Positions 30,129-40,928 of a stretch of DNA of 64,000 bases are shown here, piece after piece (position 1 is the first letter of the stretch; every line of letters begins with the position of its first letter). A program made the position numbers and the translations under genes. Under the pieces are notes generated by a model. The model was not told the DNA's origin, did no database searches, and saw only the letters and a list, made by a program, of their open reading frames with translations. The stretch is from Syntrophomonas sp. UBA1376. GTDB taxonomy: Bacteria > Bacillota > Syntrophomonadia > Syntrophomonadales > Syntrophomonadaceae. The DNA is taken from contig DBRE01000002.1 in the NCBI GenBank assembly GCA_002305535.1, positions 1,352-65,351 of the forward strand. The letters are read 5' to 3'.

Positions 30129-31035
30129 AGGTAGCAAGTTAGCCCAATGGCAGGCTCAAGCTGTAGCTCAGCAACTGAAAGACTACTATCCTGATTTAGA
30201 GGTCGAAATAGTAATTATAAAGACGGTAGGCGACAAGATCCTGGATGTAGCTCTGTCACGCATTGGTGACAAGGGCTTGTTCACCAAGGAACTTGAGAAA
30301 GCTTTACTTGATGGTGATATCGATATCGCTGTGCACAGTTTAAAAGATCTGCCTTCTCAACTGGGAGAGGGATTGAAACTGGCAGCAGTGCTTCCCCGGG
30401 AACATCCCGGTGATGTATTGATCAGCAGGTCGGGATTAAAATATCATGAGCTTCCGGTCGGTAGCCTTGTGGGCACATCCAGCTTGCGACGGACTGCCCA
30501 GATCAAGGCCACACGTCCGGATATTCAGGTAGTAGATATAAGAGGTAATGTTGAGACGCGCATAAAGAAAATGGAAGAACAACAGTTGGACGGAATCATC
30601 CTGGCTTATGCCGGGGTAAAAAGATTAGGCTTGGAAAAATGGATAACGGATAAGCTGGACTTTGAGGTTATGCTGCCAGCTACTGGACAGGGTGTAATTG
30701 CCATCGAGACCCGGGATCCTGATACACAGATCAGCGGTTTATTAGAACCCATCAACCATAAAGAAACCTTTAGCGAAATGCAGGCTGAGCGTGCTTTCTT
30801 AAACAGGCTGGAGGGCGGGTGCCAGGTTCCTATTGGGTCTCTGGCCAAATCCAGCGGAGACACTCTCCAACTGCAGGGATTGGTAGCTTCACTGGATGGA
30901 AAGAAGATTATCCGTGATTGGGTTACGGCATCCAACCAGGATCCGGTACAACTAGGACTGGAACTGGCTGAAAGGATGCTGACCGCTGGGGCAGAAGATA
31001 TTCTCAACTCCATTAGAAACATGGAGGACTCGTAA
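30103..31035 (+). CDS. hemC: hydroxymethylbilane synthase (porphobilinogen deaminase)
   Basis: RLGTRGSKLAQWQA, HSLKDLP and GGCQVPIG motifs. Confidence 0.95.
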   Translation: MKRLRLGTRGSKLAQWQAQAVAQQLKDYYPDLEVEIVIIKTVGDKILDVALSRIGDKGLFTKELEKALLDGDIDIAVHSLKDLPSQLGEGLKLAAVLPREHPGDVLISRSGLKYHELPVGSLVGTSSLRRTAQIKATRPDIQVVDIRGNVETRIKKMEEQQLDGIILAYAGVKRLGLEKWITDKLDFEVMLPATGQGVIAIETRDPDTQISGLLEPINHKETFSEMQAERAFLNRLEGGCQVPIGSLAKSSGDTLQLQGLVASLDGKKIIRDWVTASNQDPVQLGLELAERMLTAGAEDILNSIRNMEDS

Positions 31036-32580
31036 ATGCAAAAAAAAGGCATAGTTTACCTAATTGGTGCTGGGCCGGGAGATCCTGGTCTGCTTACTGT
31101 TAAGGGACTGCGCATACTGCAAAAGGCGGATGTGGTAATATACGATAGGCTAGTGGGCTCAGCGTTGCTCAGTATGGCTCGCAGTGATGCAGAAATGATT
31201 TACGTAGGCAAAGCATCCGGCCACCATGCTCTTCCCCAGGAGGAAATCAATCAACTGCTGGTAGAAAAGGCCTCGCAGGGCCTGCTCGTGGCACGCCTAA
31301 AGGGCGGAGACCCCTTTTTGTTTGGACGGGGCGGGGAAGAGGCTCAGTTTATTCGCCAACATGGCTTGGAATTTGAGATAGTTCCGGGTGTTACCTCGGC
31401 CATTGCTGTACCTGCTTATGCAGGTATACCGGTAACCCATCGTGACGACACATCTAGTTTTGCTGTTATTACGGGTCATGAAAAACCGGGCAAGAAGGAC
31501 AGCTCTATTCACTGGGATCATATTGCCACTGGTATAGGCACTCTGGTTTTTCTTATGGGCGTCGAAAACCTGCCCTTCATCTGCGATAATTTAATACGTC
31601 ATGGTCGGGACGCGCAAACTCCTATTGCTTTGATTCGTTGGGGCACCCGTCCAGAGCAGGAGGTCTTGACCGGGACTCTGGATACCATCGTAGAACTGGT
31701 AAAAAAGCATGACTTTAAGCCTCCGGCGGTTATTGTGGTCGGTGAAGTGGTCAACCTGCGCCAGGAATTAAGCTGGTTGGAAAGCAAACCTTTGTGGGGC
31801 AAAAGAATAGTAGTAACTCGTTCCCGAGCCCAGGCCAGCCAATTAGTGGATATGATCTTGGACTTGGGCGGAGAAGCTATTGAATTCCCTTCCATTGAGA
31901 TAAGAAAGGAAACCAATCTCAGCGGCCTGCACAATGCTCTAAGCCATTTGCATAGTTACGATTGGCTGGTTTTTACCAGTGTTAATGCGGTGGACATCTT
32001 TTTTGAGGAACTGATGGCTTGTGGATATGATATCCGCGATTTGAAAGGAATAAAGCTAGCAGCTATTGGCCCCGCTACCCAGGAACGACTAACTCGCCGG
32101 GGATTAAGAGTGGAGGTAGTGCCTGAAGAATACCGGGCAGAAGGTATCATCAAGTCTTTGCTCTCCATGAGTAAACCGGGACAGTGGGTACTTCTGCCTC
32201 GGGCTCGAGGTGCCCGCACTATTTTACCTGATGAACTTAGACAAGCTGGACTCCATGTGAATGAGGTCTTTCTCTATGAAGCGGTAACGGCTGTTTCAGT
32301 GAGTCCGGATACCATAGATGAGATTAAAGAGGGTAATATGGATTATATTACTTTTACGAGCTCCTCAACAGTGCACAATTTTGTTAAACTCATCGGTAAA
32401 GAAAATGTTTTCCGCATCGACCATAACACTAAAGTAGCCTGTATAGGCCCGATAACGGCTGATACCGCAAGGGGATATGGGTTTACAGTAGATATAAGTG
32501 CTCAACAGTTTACTATACAGGGACTGATTGATGCCATAGTAGAGGAGACCACAGTCAGCAGGGAGGAAAAACAGATATGA
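31036..32580 (+). CDS. cobA-hemD: bifunctional uroporphyrinogen-III C-methyltransferase / uroporphyrinogen-III synthase
   Basis: The N-terminal half carries GAGPGDPGLLT and GGDPFLFGRGGEE (SUMT). The C-terminal ~250 aa reads as HemD-like. Confidence 0.9.
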   Translation: MQKKGIVYLIGAGPGDPGLLTVKGLRILQKADVVIYDRLVGSALLSMARSDAEMIYVGKASGHHALPQEEINQLLVEKASQGLLVARLKGGDPFLFGRGGEEAQFIRQHGLEFEIVPGVTSAIAVPAYAGIPVTHRDDTSSFAVITGHEKPGKKDSSIHWDHIATGIGTLVFLMGVENLPFICDNLIRHGRDAQTPIALIRWGTRPEQEVLTGTLDTIVELVKKHDFKPPAVIVVGEVVNLRQELSWLESKPLWGKRIVVTRSRAQASQLVDMILDLGGEAIEFPSIEIRKETNLSGLHNALSHLHSYDWLVFTSVNAVDIFFEELMACGYDIRDLKGIKLAAIGPATQERLTRRGLRVEVVPEEYRAEGIIKSLLSMSKPGQWVLLPRARGARTILPDELRQAGLHVNEVFLYEAVTAVSVSPDTIDEIKEGNMDYITFTSSSTVHNFVKLIGKENVFRIDHNTKVACIGPITADTARGYGFTVDISAQQFTIQGLIDAIVEETTVSREEKQI

Positions 32581-33752
32581 TAGGATGCACTAAATTATTG
32601 TGTGGTACAGCCACAGTTTCTGATGTGATCAAGCATAGTTCGGTGGACGGACAAGTTCCTCCCGAATTATTACAGTTTTCCAACCAGAATCGTCCGCTGG
32701 TGGTTTGGAATATGACCAACCGCTGTAATTTACGTTGCCGTCACTGCTATATAAATGCGGAAGACCGCCACTACCAAGACGAACTGAGCACGGAAGAGGC
32801 CAAGGTTTTTATTAAAGACCTGGCTGATATGAAAGTGCCCGTACTGCTATTCTCAGGGGGAGAACCCCTGATCCGTAAAGACATATTTGAACTGGGGAGA
32901 ATGGCGGCTGATTTGGGACTGCGGCCGGTTATCTCCAGCAATGGTACCTTGATCGACCGTGACATGGCCCGTCAAATCAAAGCAGCCGGTTTTCAATATG
33001 TGGGAATAAGTGTTGACGGAAAACCTTCTACTCATGATGATTTTCGCAATATGCCCGGAGCTTTTGAGGCGGCCTTGCAAGGTATGCATGCCTGTCTCAG
33101 TGAAGGAGTTAAAACAGGTATAAGGTTCACTGTCAATCGTTATAACCAGGCAGATTTACCTGAAATTCTGGACATTGTAGAAAGGGAAGGCATTCCTCGC
33201 TTCTGTATGTACCATTTGGTGTATGCGGGCAGAGGAGAGGAAATGGCCGATATGGACATAAGCCCAGAGGAAACCCGGAAAGTTTTGGATCTCTTGAGCC
33301 AACGTACTGTGGAACTCTATGAGCGTGGAGTGGAAGTAGAGATATTGACTACTGATAATCATGCGGATGGCATTTATTTGTTAAATCGCATTCGCCAGGA
33401 GCAGCCGGAACGGGTCGAAGAAGTGATCACTTTGTTGGAGATGCACGGTGGCTGTTCAGCTGGTACCAAATTTGCCAATGTTGACCCCCGCGGAAATGTC
33501 CACCCCTGTCAATTCTGGCAGGATTATGTGGTGGGCAACATACGGGAAAGACCGTTTTCTAAAATATGGACTTCTGATGATGAACTTATGGTTCTGCTAC
33601 GGGAAAAGGATAAGCATGTAAAAGGCCGCTGTGGTGAGTGTTCTTATAAACAGTTGTGCTCAGGATGCCGTATTCGTGCTCGGGCTGTTTATGGTGATCT
33701 GTGGGCAGAAGACCCGGCCTGCTATCTGCGGGATGAAGAGCTGGCCAGATAA
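32577..33752 (+). CDS. radical SAM/SPASM enzyme of the NirJ/AhbC-AhbD type (alternative heme pathway)
   Basis: CNLRCRHCY cluster motif and a C-terminal Cys-rich SPASM region (CGECSYKQLCSGCR). It lies between cobA-hemD and hemB. Confidence 0.8.
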   Translation: MIGCTKLLCGTATVSDVIKHSSVDGQVPPELLQFSNQNRPLVVWNMTNRCNLRCRHCYINAEDRHYQDELSTEEAKVFIKDLADMKVPVLLFSGGEPLIRKDIFELGRMAADLGLRPVISSNGTLIDRDMARQIKAAGFQYVGISVDGKPSTHDDFRNMPGAFEAALQGMHACLSEGVKTGIRFTVNRYNQADLPEILDIVEREGIPRFCMYHLVYAGRGEEMADMDISPEETRKVLDLLSQRTVELYERGVEVEILTTDNHADGIYLLNRIRQEQPERVEEVITLLEMHGGCSAGTKFANVDPRGNVHPCQFWQDYVVGNIRERPFSKIWTSDDELMVLLREKDKHVKGRCGECSYKQLCSGCRIRARAVYGDLWAEDPACYLRDEELAR

Positions 33753-33764
33753 GGGGGATTATCG

Positions 33765-34742
<978 letters not shown>

Positions 34743-34777
34743 TTGTGAGGGAGGTGTGAGCCAGGCTGTGGTCTGGC

Positions 34778-35785
34778 TTGGGTAATATGCTGGTATCATG
34801 GAATACAACCAACCAATGCAATATGTTCTGTGACCATTGCTACCGAGATGCTGGGGCTCGTTTGGAAGAAGAACTGACTACTAGTCAGGCCCGCGATTTG
34901 ATCGACGGGATGGTTCGAGCCGGATTCAAAATTATGATATTCAGCGGCGGTGAGCCCCTGATGCGCCCTGATATATATGAATTGGCCAGCTATGCTACCC
35001 AAAAAGGTCTGCGGGTGGTATTGGGCACCAATGGTACATTGATCACCGAAGAAGTAGCTCATAATCTTAAAAAGGCGGGTTTTATGGCGGCAGGGGTCAG
35101 TTTGGATAGTCTAGATCCCGAGAAAAATGATGGTTTTCGGAAATTGGAGCACGCTTATGACCTGGCCCTACAGGGCATGTACAACCTGAAAAGGGCGCAA
35201 CTTCCCTTTCAAATCCATACTACCGTTATGGACTGGAATGTTGATGAGCTAGAGAGTATTACTGACTATGCTGTAGAAATTGGGGCCATGGCACATCACG
35301 TATTCTTTTTAGTTCCCACTGGCCGGGGAATAAACATCGAGGAGGAAGCCTTGCGGGTAGCTGCTTATGAAAGAACCATCGCCCGTTTAATGGAAAAACA
35401 AAAAACTTCACCTATTGAGATAAAACCAACCTGTGCCCCTCAGTTTATCAGAACAGCTGATAAAAAGGGTGTCCCGTTGCGTTTCACTAAAGGATGCCTG
35501 GCAGGTATAAGCTACTGCATCATCAGCCCTCTGGGCGATGTTCAGCCCTGTGCATATCTGGATATTCCTTTGGGGAATGTAAAAGAGACGCCTTTCGACG
35601 AAATTTGGGCCAACAATTCCACATTGAAAACCTTACGAACTATGGACTATGAAGGAAAATGCGGTGTTTGTGATTACCGTGAACGGTGCGGGGGATGTCG
35701 GGCTCGAGCTTATTATTACAGTGGTGGCAATATTATGGCCGAAGATGAGTGGTGCCTGTATCAACCGTTGGGGTGGAAGAAATGA
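34778..35785 (+). CDS. second radical SAM/SPASM enzyme of the NirJ/AhbC-AhbD type
   Basis: CNMFCDHCY motif and C-terminal CGVCDYRERCGGCRA. The start could be the ATG at 34787. Confidence 0.8.
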   Translation: MGNMLVSWNTTNQCNMFCDHCYRDAGARLEEELTTSQARDLIDGMVRAGFKIMIFSGGEPLMRPDIYELASYATQKGLRVVLGTNGTLITEEVAHNLKKAGFMAAGVSLDSLDPEKNDGFRKLEHAYDLALQGMYNLKRAQLPFQIHTTVMDWNVDELESITDYAVEIGAMAHHVFFLVPTGRGINIEEEALRVAAYERTIARLMEKQKTSPIEIKPTCAPQFIRTADKKGVPLRFTKGCLAGISYCIISPLGDVQPCAYLDIPLGNVKETPFDEIWANNSTLKTLRTMDYEGKCGVCDYRERCGGCRARAYYYSGGNIMAEDEWCLYQPLGWKK

Positions 35786-36255
35786 TGGCATTGAATTCCT
35801 TGGATAGAGATATTCTTAATCTGCTGCAAAACGAGTTTCCTATCAGTGTGCGACCCTATCAAAAAATGGCCGATACCCTTGGTATTGATGAGGAAATTCT
35901 GTTAGAACGCATCAAACATCTGAAAGATAGTGGCATTATAAGAAGAATTGGCGGGATCATGGATTCTCGAAGTCTGGGCTTCTACTCGGTATTGTGTGCT
36001 GGTACGGTGGAAGAGGATAGAATTGACCAAGTAGCCCAACGGATCAGTGCGGAACCGGGGGTGACCCATAATTATCGCCGTAATCACCGCCTTAATCTGT
36101 GGTTCACCTTGACAGCCCCTACTCAGGATCAGGCCGAGATCATTCTGCAAAACCTGGAAAAAGAACTGGGAATAACCGTTCATACCATGCCAGCTGAAAG
36201 AGTTTATAAAATCAAATTGAGTTTGCCTATGCAGGAGGATTATTATGTTGACTGA
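35782..36255 (+). CDS. siroheme decarboxylase subunit (AhbA/AhbB, NirD/L/G/H-like AsnC-fold)
   Basis: LDRDILNLLQNEFPISVRPY... pattern. ATG overlaps the upstream TGA (ATGA). Confidence 0.8.
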   Translation: MMALNSLDRDILNLLQNEFPISVRPYQKMADTLGIDEEILLERIKHLKDSGIIRRIGGIMDSRSLGFYSVLCAGTVEEDRIDQVAQRISAEPGVTHNYRRNHRLNLWFTLTAPTQDQAEIILQNLEKELGITVHTMPAERVYKIKLSLPMQEDYYVD

Positions 36256-36709
36256 AACCGACACCAAGATTATTCAGTACCTGCAGGGAGATATCCCCTT
36301 GGAAACTCAGCCTTTTGCTCAGCTAGCAGATCAGTTGGGCATCAGTGAGGAACAGATTGTGAAGCGCATCCAGTCGCTCTATGAAAAAGGTTATATAAGA
36401 AGATTGGCGGCCGTACTGAGGCATCGTCAAGCGGGGTTTAAAGTAAATGGCATGGTAGCCTGGCAAGTGGATGAGGATAAGGCCGATAAAGTAGGACGGT
36501 TATTTGCCGAGGATGATCAAGTAAGTCATTGTTACTGGCGCCAGGTTCCGGATAGTTTTGGCTATAACCTCTTTACCATGATACATGCCCGCTCTCAAAA
36601 GGAGTTAACGGACAAGGTGGAGAAGTTATCTCAATGCCAGGATGTAAAAGACTATGTTGTGATCGAAAGCTTACAAGAATACAAAAAGACTAGTATGAAG
36701 TATTTTTAG
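36245..36709 (+). CDS. siroheme decarboxylase subunit (AhbA/AhbB partner)
   Basis: Paralogous to the preceding gene (TDTKIIQYLQGDIPLETQPF...). Overlaps the upstream gene by 11 nt. Confidence 0.8.
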   Translation: MLTETDTKIIQYLQGDIPLETQPFAQLADQLGISEEQIVKRIQSLYEKGYIRRLAAVLRHRQAGFKVNGMVAWQVDEDKADKVGRLFAEDDQVSHCYWRQVPDSFGYNLFTMIHARSQKELTDKVEKLSQCQDVKDYVVIESLQEYKKTSMKYF

Positions 36710-36757
36710 CTTCTATCCGCCATGTGCGAAGAATATTATTAGGAGGACTCCGTCACA

Positions 36758-38050
36758 ATGAAAACCAGTCAGTCGGATCAGTTGTTTGCGATAGCCAGTG
36801 AATATATTCCTGGGGGAGTAAACAGTCCAGTACGTGCTTTTCAGGCGGTACAAGGTAATCCTGTTTTTATAAGTGAAGCCCAGGGGTGTCGCCTGACAGA
36901 TGTGGATGGCAACCAATACATAGATTATGTATGCTCTTGGGGCCCACTGATTCTGGGTCACAGTAATCCGGTAGTGGTAGAAGCAATTTGTAAAGCGGCC
37001 CAAAAAGGGACTAGCTATGGAGCACCTTGTGAAGACGAGGTTAATCTGGCTCGAACCATATGTGAAGCTATACCTTCGGTGGAGATGGTACGGATGGTGA
37101 ATTCAGGTACCGAGGCGACCATGAGCGCCATTCGTTTGGCCCGGGCTTATACAGGGCGGCAACTTATTCTAAAATTTGAGGGATGTTACCATGGACATGG
37201 GGACAGTTTTTTGATCAAAGCCGGATCGGGCATGATGACTACAGGTGTTCCTACCAGCCCCGGAGTTCCAGATGTCCTAGCGGCCCAGACCCTAGTAGCA
37301 GGGTATAACGATATTTCCTCAGTAGAACAGCATTTCCGTCAACATGGTCCAGATATTGCTGCAGTTATTGTAGAGCCGATAGCTGCCAATATGGGATTGG
37401 TGATGCCCGATCCCCAGTTTTTGAAAGAGCTGCGCCGCATCACTGAACTTTATGGCAGTCTGCTTATTTTTGATGAAGTTATTACCGGTTTTCGCACCTG
37501 CTTTGGGGGCTTCCAAAACCTGATCGATATTGAGCCGGATCTCACCACTCTTGGCAAAATAATAGGTGGTGGACTCCCCGTAGGGGCTTATGGGGGACGT
37601 GGGGATATTATGAAGATGGTTTCTCCTAGTGGGGATGTATACCAGGCAGGAACATTATCTGGTAATCCTTTAGCAATGGCTGCCGGATTAGCTACCCTGG
37701 AAGTATTAAAGGATTCTGATTGGTACGATCGCATGGAGGTCTTAAACTACTATTTGGGCAATAAGATCAAAACGATTTTCGAAAACCACGATTTGTTATT
37801 TGAGATCAATCAGCTTGCCTCCATGTTTACGGTTTTCTTTACAGAGGATCCGGTCAATTCATTTGCCGATGTGAAGACCTGCGATACAGAGCTTTATGGG
37901 CGCTTCCATCGTGCCTTATTAAAACGTGGAGTCTACTTCCCGCCCTCGCAATTTGAAGTATGTTTTGTGTCTTGTGCACATGAATTGACGGATATTGATT
38001 TGACCATAGAGGCCGTCAATGAAGCTCTTGATGAAGTTGTTCAGGGGTGA
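36758..38050 (+). CDS. hemL: glutamate-1-semialdehyde 2,1-aminomutase
   Basis: Reads as HemL over its full length, including the PLP-lysine context TTLGKIIGGG. Confidence 0.95.
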   Translation: MKTSQSDQLFAIASEYIPGGVNSPVRAFQAVQGNPVFISEAQGCRLTDVDGNQYIDYVCSWGPLILGHSNPVVVEAICKAAQKGTSYGAPCEDEVNLARTICEAIPSVEMVRMVNSGTEATMSAIRLARAYTGRQLILKFEGCYHGHGDSFLIKAGSGMMTTGVPTSPGVPDVLAAQTLVAGYNDISSVEQHFRQHGPDIAAVIVEPIAANMGLVMPDPQFLKELRRITELYGSLLIFDEVITGFRTCFGGFQNLIDIEPDLTTLGKIIGGGLPVGAYGGRGDIMKMVSPSGDVYQAGTLSGNPLAMAAGLATLEVLKDSDWYDRMEVLNYYLGNKIKTIFENHDLLFEINQLASMFTVFFTEDPVNSFADVKTCDTELYGRFHRALLKRGVYFPPSQFEVCFVSCAHELTDIDLTIEAVNEALDEVVQG

Positions 38051-38835
38051 AAGAGTTGGTAGACAACAGTTGGGAATGGTTTATTGATAAGTTTGAAATA
38101 CTTAGTAAGATCGATTTGACCGCTTATAAAAGGCCCCAGATGGAAAGACGCATCAATAGTTTCATGCGCTCAGCTGGAGCCAGCGATTATAAGTCCTTTT
38201 TGGAGTTAATTAAGAACGATGCCCTTTTATATCGGAAATTTCTTGAGCATATTACTATTAACGTGTCCGAGTTCTTTCGCAATGCTAATCACTGGAGTAT
38301 TCTACAAAATGAGGTATTGCCTTTATTACTTAAAGATAGAAGGTCTTTGAGAATTTGGAGCGCAGGATGCTCTACTGGTGAAGAGCCATATTCGTTGGCA
38401 ATGCTTTGCCGGGAACAACGAATCCCTTTAACCGAGGAAATCCTCGCTACTGATCTGGATCAGGATGTCTTAAATCGGGCTATGCAGGGGATCTACAGTG
38501 CGAAAGCTGCCCAAGGCATTCCGCCTACATACCTGGCTCGCTATTTCAGCAGTCAGGGGGATCAATATCAAGCCAATGAAGATATCCGCAGGATGGTGAA
38601 GTTTAAGCGGCACGACCTATTAAGGGATTCTTTCGGACGAAATTATGACTTGATTCTATGTCGCAATGTAGTGATATATTTTACTGAAGAGACCAAAAAC
38701 CGTCTCTACCAACGTTTTACTGAATCTTTGAACAGTGGGGGAGTACTGTTCATCGGCAGTACTGAACAGATTTTTCAAGCCCGAGAATTAGGATTAAAGA
38801 CCATTGCCACCTTCTTTTATCAGAAGGTAAATTGA
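38047..38835 (+). CDS. CheR-type SAM-dependent protein-glutamate O-methyltransferase family protein
   Basis: TINVSEFFRN, IWSAGCSTGEEPYSLAM and LCRNVVIYF motifs. The GTG start overlaps the hemL TGA (GTGA). Confidence 0.85.
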   Translation: MKELVDNSWEWFIDKFEILSKIDLTAYKRPQMERRINSFMRSAGASDYKSFLELIKNDALLYRKFLEHITINVSEFFRNANHWSILQNEVLPLLLKDRRSLRIWSAGCSTGEEPYSLAMLCREQRIPLTEEILATDLDQDVLNRAMQGIYSAKAAQGIPPTYLARYFSSQGDQYQANEDIRRMVKFKRHDLLRDSFGRNYDLILCRNVVIYFTEETKNRLYQRFTESLNSGGVLFIGSTEQIFQARELGLKTIATFFYQKVN

Positions 38836-39080
38836 GCTGGAGCGATTACAAATTTTCTATTGCGGCAGGAAATGCTGCATATATAGCGAATCTGTATTAT
38901 GATGTGCCGTTTTCTGAGACATTTCTTTCCTTTATATGGTCTGGCGGTAATTTGCCGAAAGGCAACCGATATAGATTTCTCTTGGGGGTGGTGGTGTAAC
39001 TTCTGTCAACAATTTCTGCTAGTCTAAAGGGGTTTAGGTTTGTTGATCAAATGAAAAATTAATGAGTCGGAAAAGGAGGA

Positions 39081-39839
39081 ATGAACTTGAAGGTTCTGGT
39101 ATGTGTGAAGCAAACATTTGACACCGAAGCCAAAATCGAGTTGAAGGATGGCAAGATATCGGATGCAGGTATCAATCTGATTATCAATCCTTATGATGAA
39201 GTGGCTGTTGAAGGTGCAATCCAAATGAAGGAGAAGGGCTTAGCCAAAGAAGTTGTTATTCTTGCAGCTGGTGCTGACAAGGCTATGGATGCTATCCGCA
39301 CCGCTTTAGCTATGGGTGCTGATCGTGGCATTCTGGTAAAACAAGATAGTGCTGCTGATGAATACCAGAGAGCTGTTGTTTTGGCAGCAGCCATCAAAGA
39401 TGAAAACCCCGATTTGATTCTGGCAGGACATGTTGCAGCTGATGATGGATCATCTCAGGTACCTACCCGCATTGCAGAGATTCTTGGATTGCCGCATGTT
39501 AACGTAATCACCAACATTGAAATTGCTGATGGCAAAGCTACCTGCACCAGTGAAGCTGACGGTGGAACTCAGGTAACTGAAGTAAGTATACCAGCAGTTA
39601 TTTCCAGTCAGGTTAGCTGGAATGAACCGCGCTATCCTTCCATGAAGGGTATCATGCAGGCTAAGAAAAAACCGGTCGCAACCATTGATGCCGCCGCCGC
39701 CGAAGCCAAGTCCAACATTGTGGAATTCTCTCTACCGCCTGCTAAAACAGCTGGCATTAAGATCGAAGAAGATCCCGATGTTGCTGCAGCCAAGTTAAGC
39801 GACTGGATGAAGAACACGGTTAAAGTAGAAGTAAAATAA
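39081..39839 (+). CDS. etfB: electron transfer flavoprotein beta subunit
   Basis: MNLKVLVCVKQTFDTEAKI..., typical EtfB over 252 aa. Confidence 0.9.
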   Translation: MNLKVLVCVKQTFDTEAKIELKDGKISDAGINLIINPYDEVAVEGAIQMKEKGLAKEVVILAAGADKAMDAIRTALAMGADRGILVKQDSAADEYQRAVVLAAAIKDENPDLILAGHVAADDGSSQVPTRIAEILGLPHVNVITNIEIADGKATCTSEADGGTQVTEVSIPAVISSQVSWNEPRYPSMKGIMQAKKKPVATIDAAAAEAKSNIVEFSLPPAKTAGIKIEEDPDVAAAKLSDWMKNTVKVEVK

Positions 39840-39880
39840 CTCAGCCTGAAATAATGGCATGATATAAAGGAGGGTAATCA

Positions 39881-40834
39881 ATGGCCGGAACTTGGGTATT
39901 TATTGAACAGAGAGATGGAAACATCCGCAAGGTTAGCTTTGAGATGATTTCCAAGGCTAAAACCTTTGGTGATGAAGTAAGTGCAGTGGTCTTTGGTAAA
40001 GGCGTTGAAGGCCAGGCTGCTGAATATGCTAAATATGGTGCTGATAAAGTTTACGTTGTGGAAGGTGACGTATTTGCCAACTACAACACCGGTGCATTTG
40101 TCGCTCAAATGGCGGCTATGATTCAGGAATATGCTCCCAATGCTATCCTGTTTGCACATACTTTTAACGGCAGAGATTTTGCCTCTCGGTTGGCGCAAAA
40201 ACTTGAAGTTGGTCTAGCGACTGACGTGATAGATGCTGAGATCAGTGCTGGCAAAGGACTGTTCACCCGCGCAATCTACGCCGGAAAAGCCTTAGCTAAG
40301 GTGGAAATTACCACTAGTCCTATTTTAGCGACTGTTCGCGCCGGTGTTTTCGAAGTAGTAGAAGGCGCTGCAGCTGGCGAAGTAGTAAAACCGGCAGTAG
40401 CAGCTACTGATGCTGATGTTTATCAGGTCGTTAAGAGTTTTGAACCCACTGTTTCTGCACGGCCCGAATTGACCGAGGCTGATGTAGTTGTTTCCGGTGG
40501 CCGTGGTTGCAAGGGCCCCGAAGGTATTCAAATCGTAGAACAACTAGCAGATCTCCTGGGAGCAGCTCTGGGCGGATCCCGTGCATCAATTGACTCTGGT
40601 TGGCTGGGTCACGAATTACAGGTAGGACAGACTGGTAAAGTGGTTAACCCCAATCTATATGTAGCCGCTGGTATTTCCGGAGCTATTCAGCACTTGGCTG
40701 GTATGTCTTCCTCCAAGTTTATTGCCGCGATCAACACTGACCCCGAAGCCCCCATTTTTAATGTGGCTGATTTCGGTGTGGTCGGTGACCTCTTCAAAGT
40801 TGTTCCGCTACTGTGCGAGGAGCTTAAGAAATAG
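39881..40834 (+). CDS. etfA: electron transfer flavoprotein alpha subunit
   Basis: C-terminal FAD-binding region (VVSGGRG...QVGQTGKVVNPNLYVAAGISGAIQH). Confidence 0.9.
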   Translation: MAGTWVFIEQRDGNIRKVSFEMISKAKTFGDEVSAVVFGKGVEGQAAEYAKYGADKVYVVEGDVFANYNTGAFVAQMAAMIQEYAPNAILFAHTFNGRDFASRLAQKLEVGLATDVIDAEISAGKGLFTRAIYAGKALAKVEITTSPILATVRAGVFEVVEGAAAGEVVKPAVAATDADVYQVVKSFEPTVSARPELTEADVVVSGGRGCKGPEGIQIVEQLADLLGAALGGSRASIDSGWLGHELQVGQTGKVVNPNLYVAAGISGAIQHLAGMSSSKFIAAINTDPEAPIFNVADFGVVGDLFKVVPLLCEELKK

Positions 40835-40862
40835 AGTCTTTCACAGGGGGGGGAGATGGTTT

Positions 40863-40892
40863 GCTGGATATGCGCTTTAACGCATATCCAGC
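40863..40892 (+). promoter_or_regulatory. perfect 12-bp intercistronic stem-loop between etfA and the FeS oxidoreductase gene
   Basis: GCTGGATATGCG-CTTTAA-CGCATATCCAGC with no T-run after it. Confidence 0.5.
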
Positions 40893-40928
40893 ATATAACC
40901 TTGGTTGTTTAAGGAGGGAGAGTTTTCG

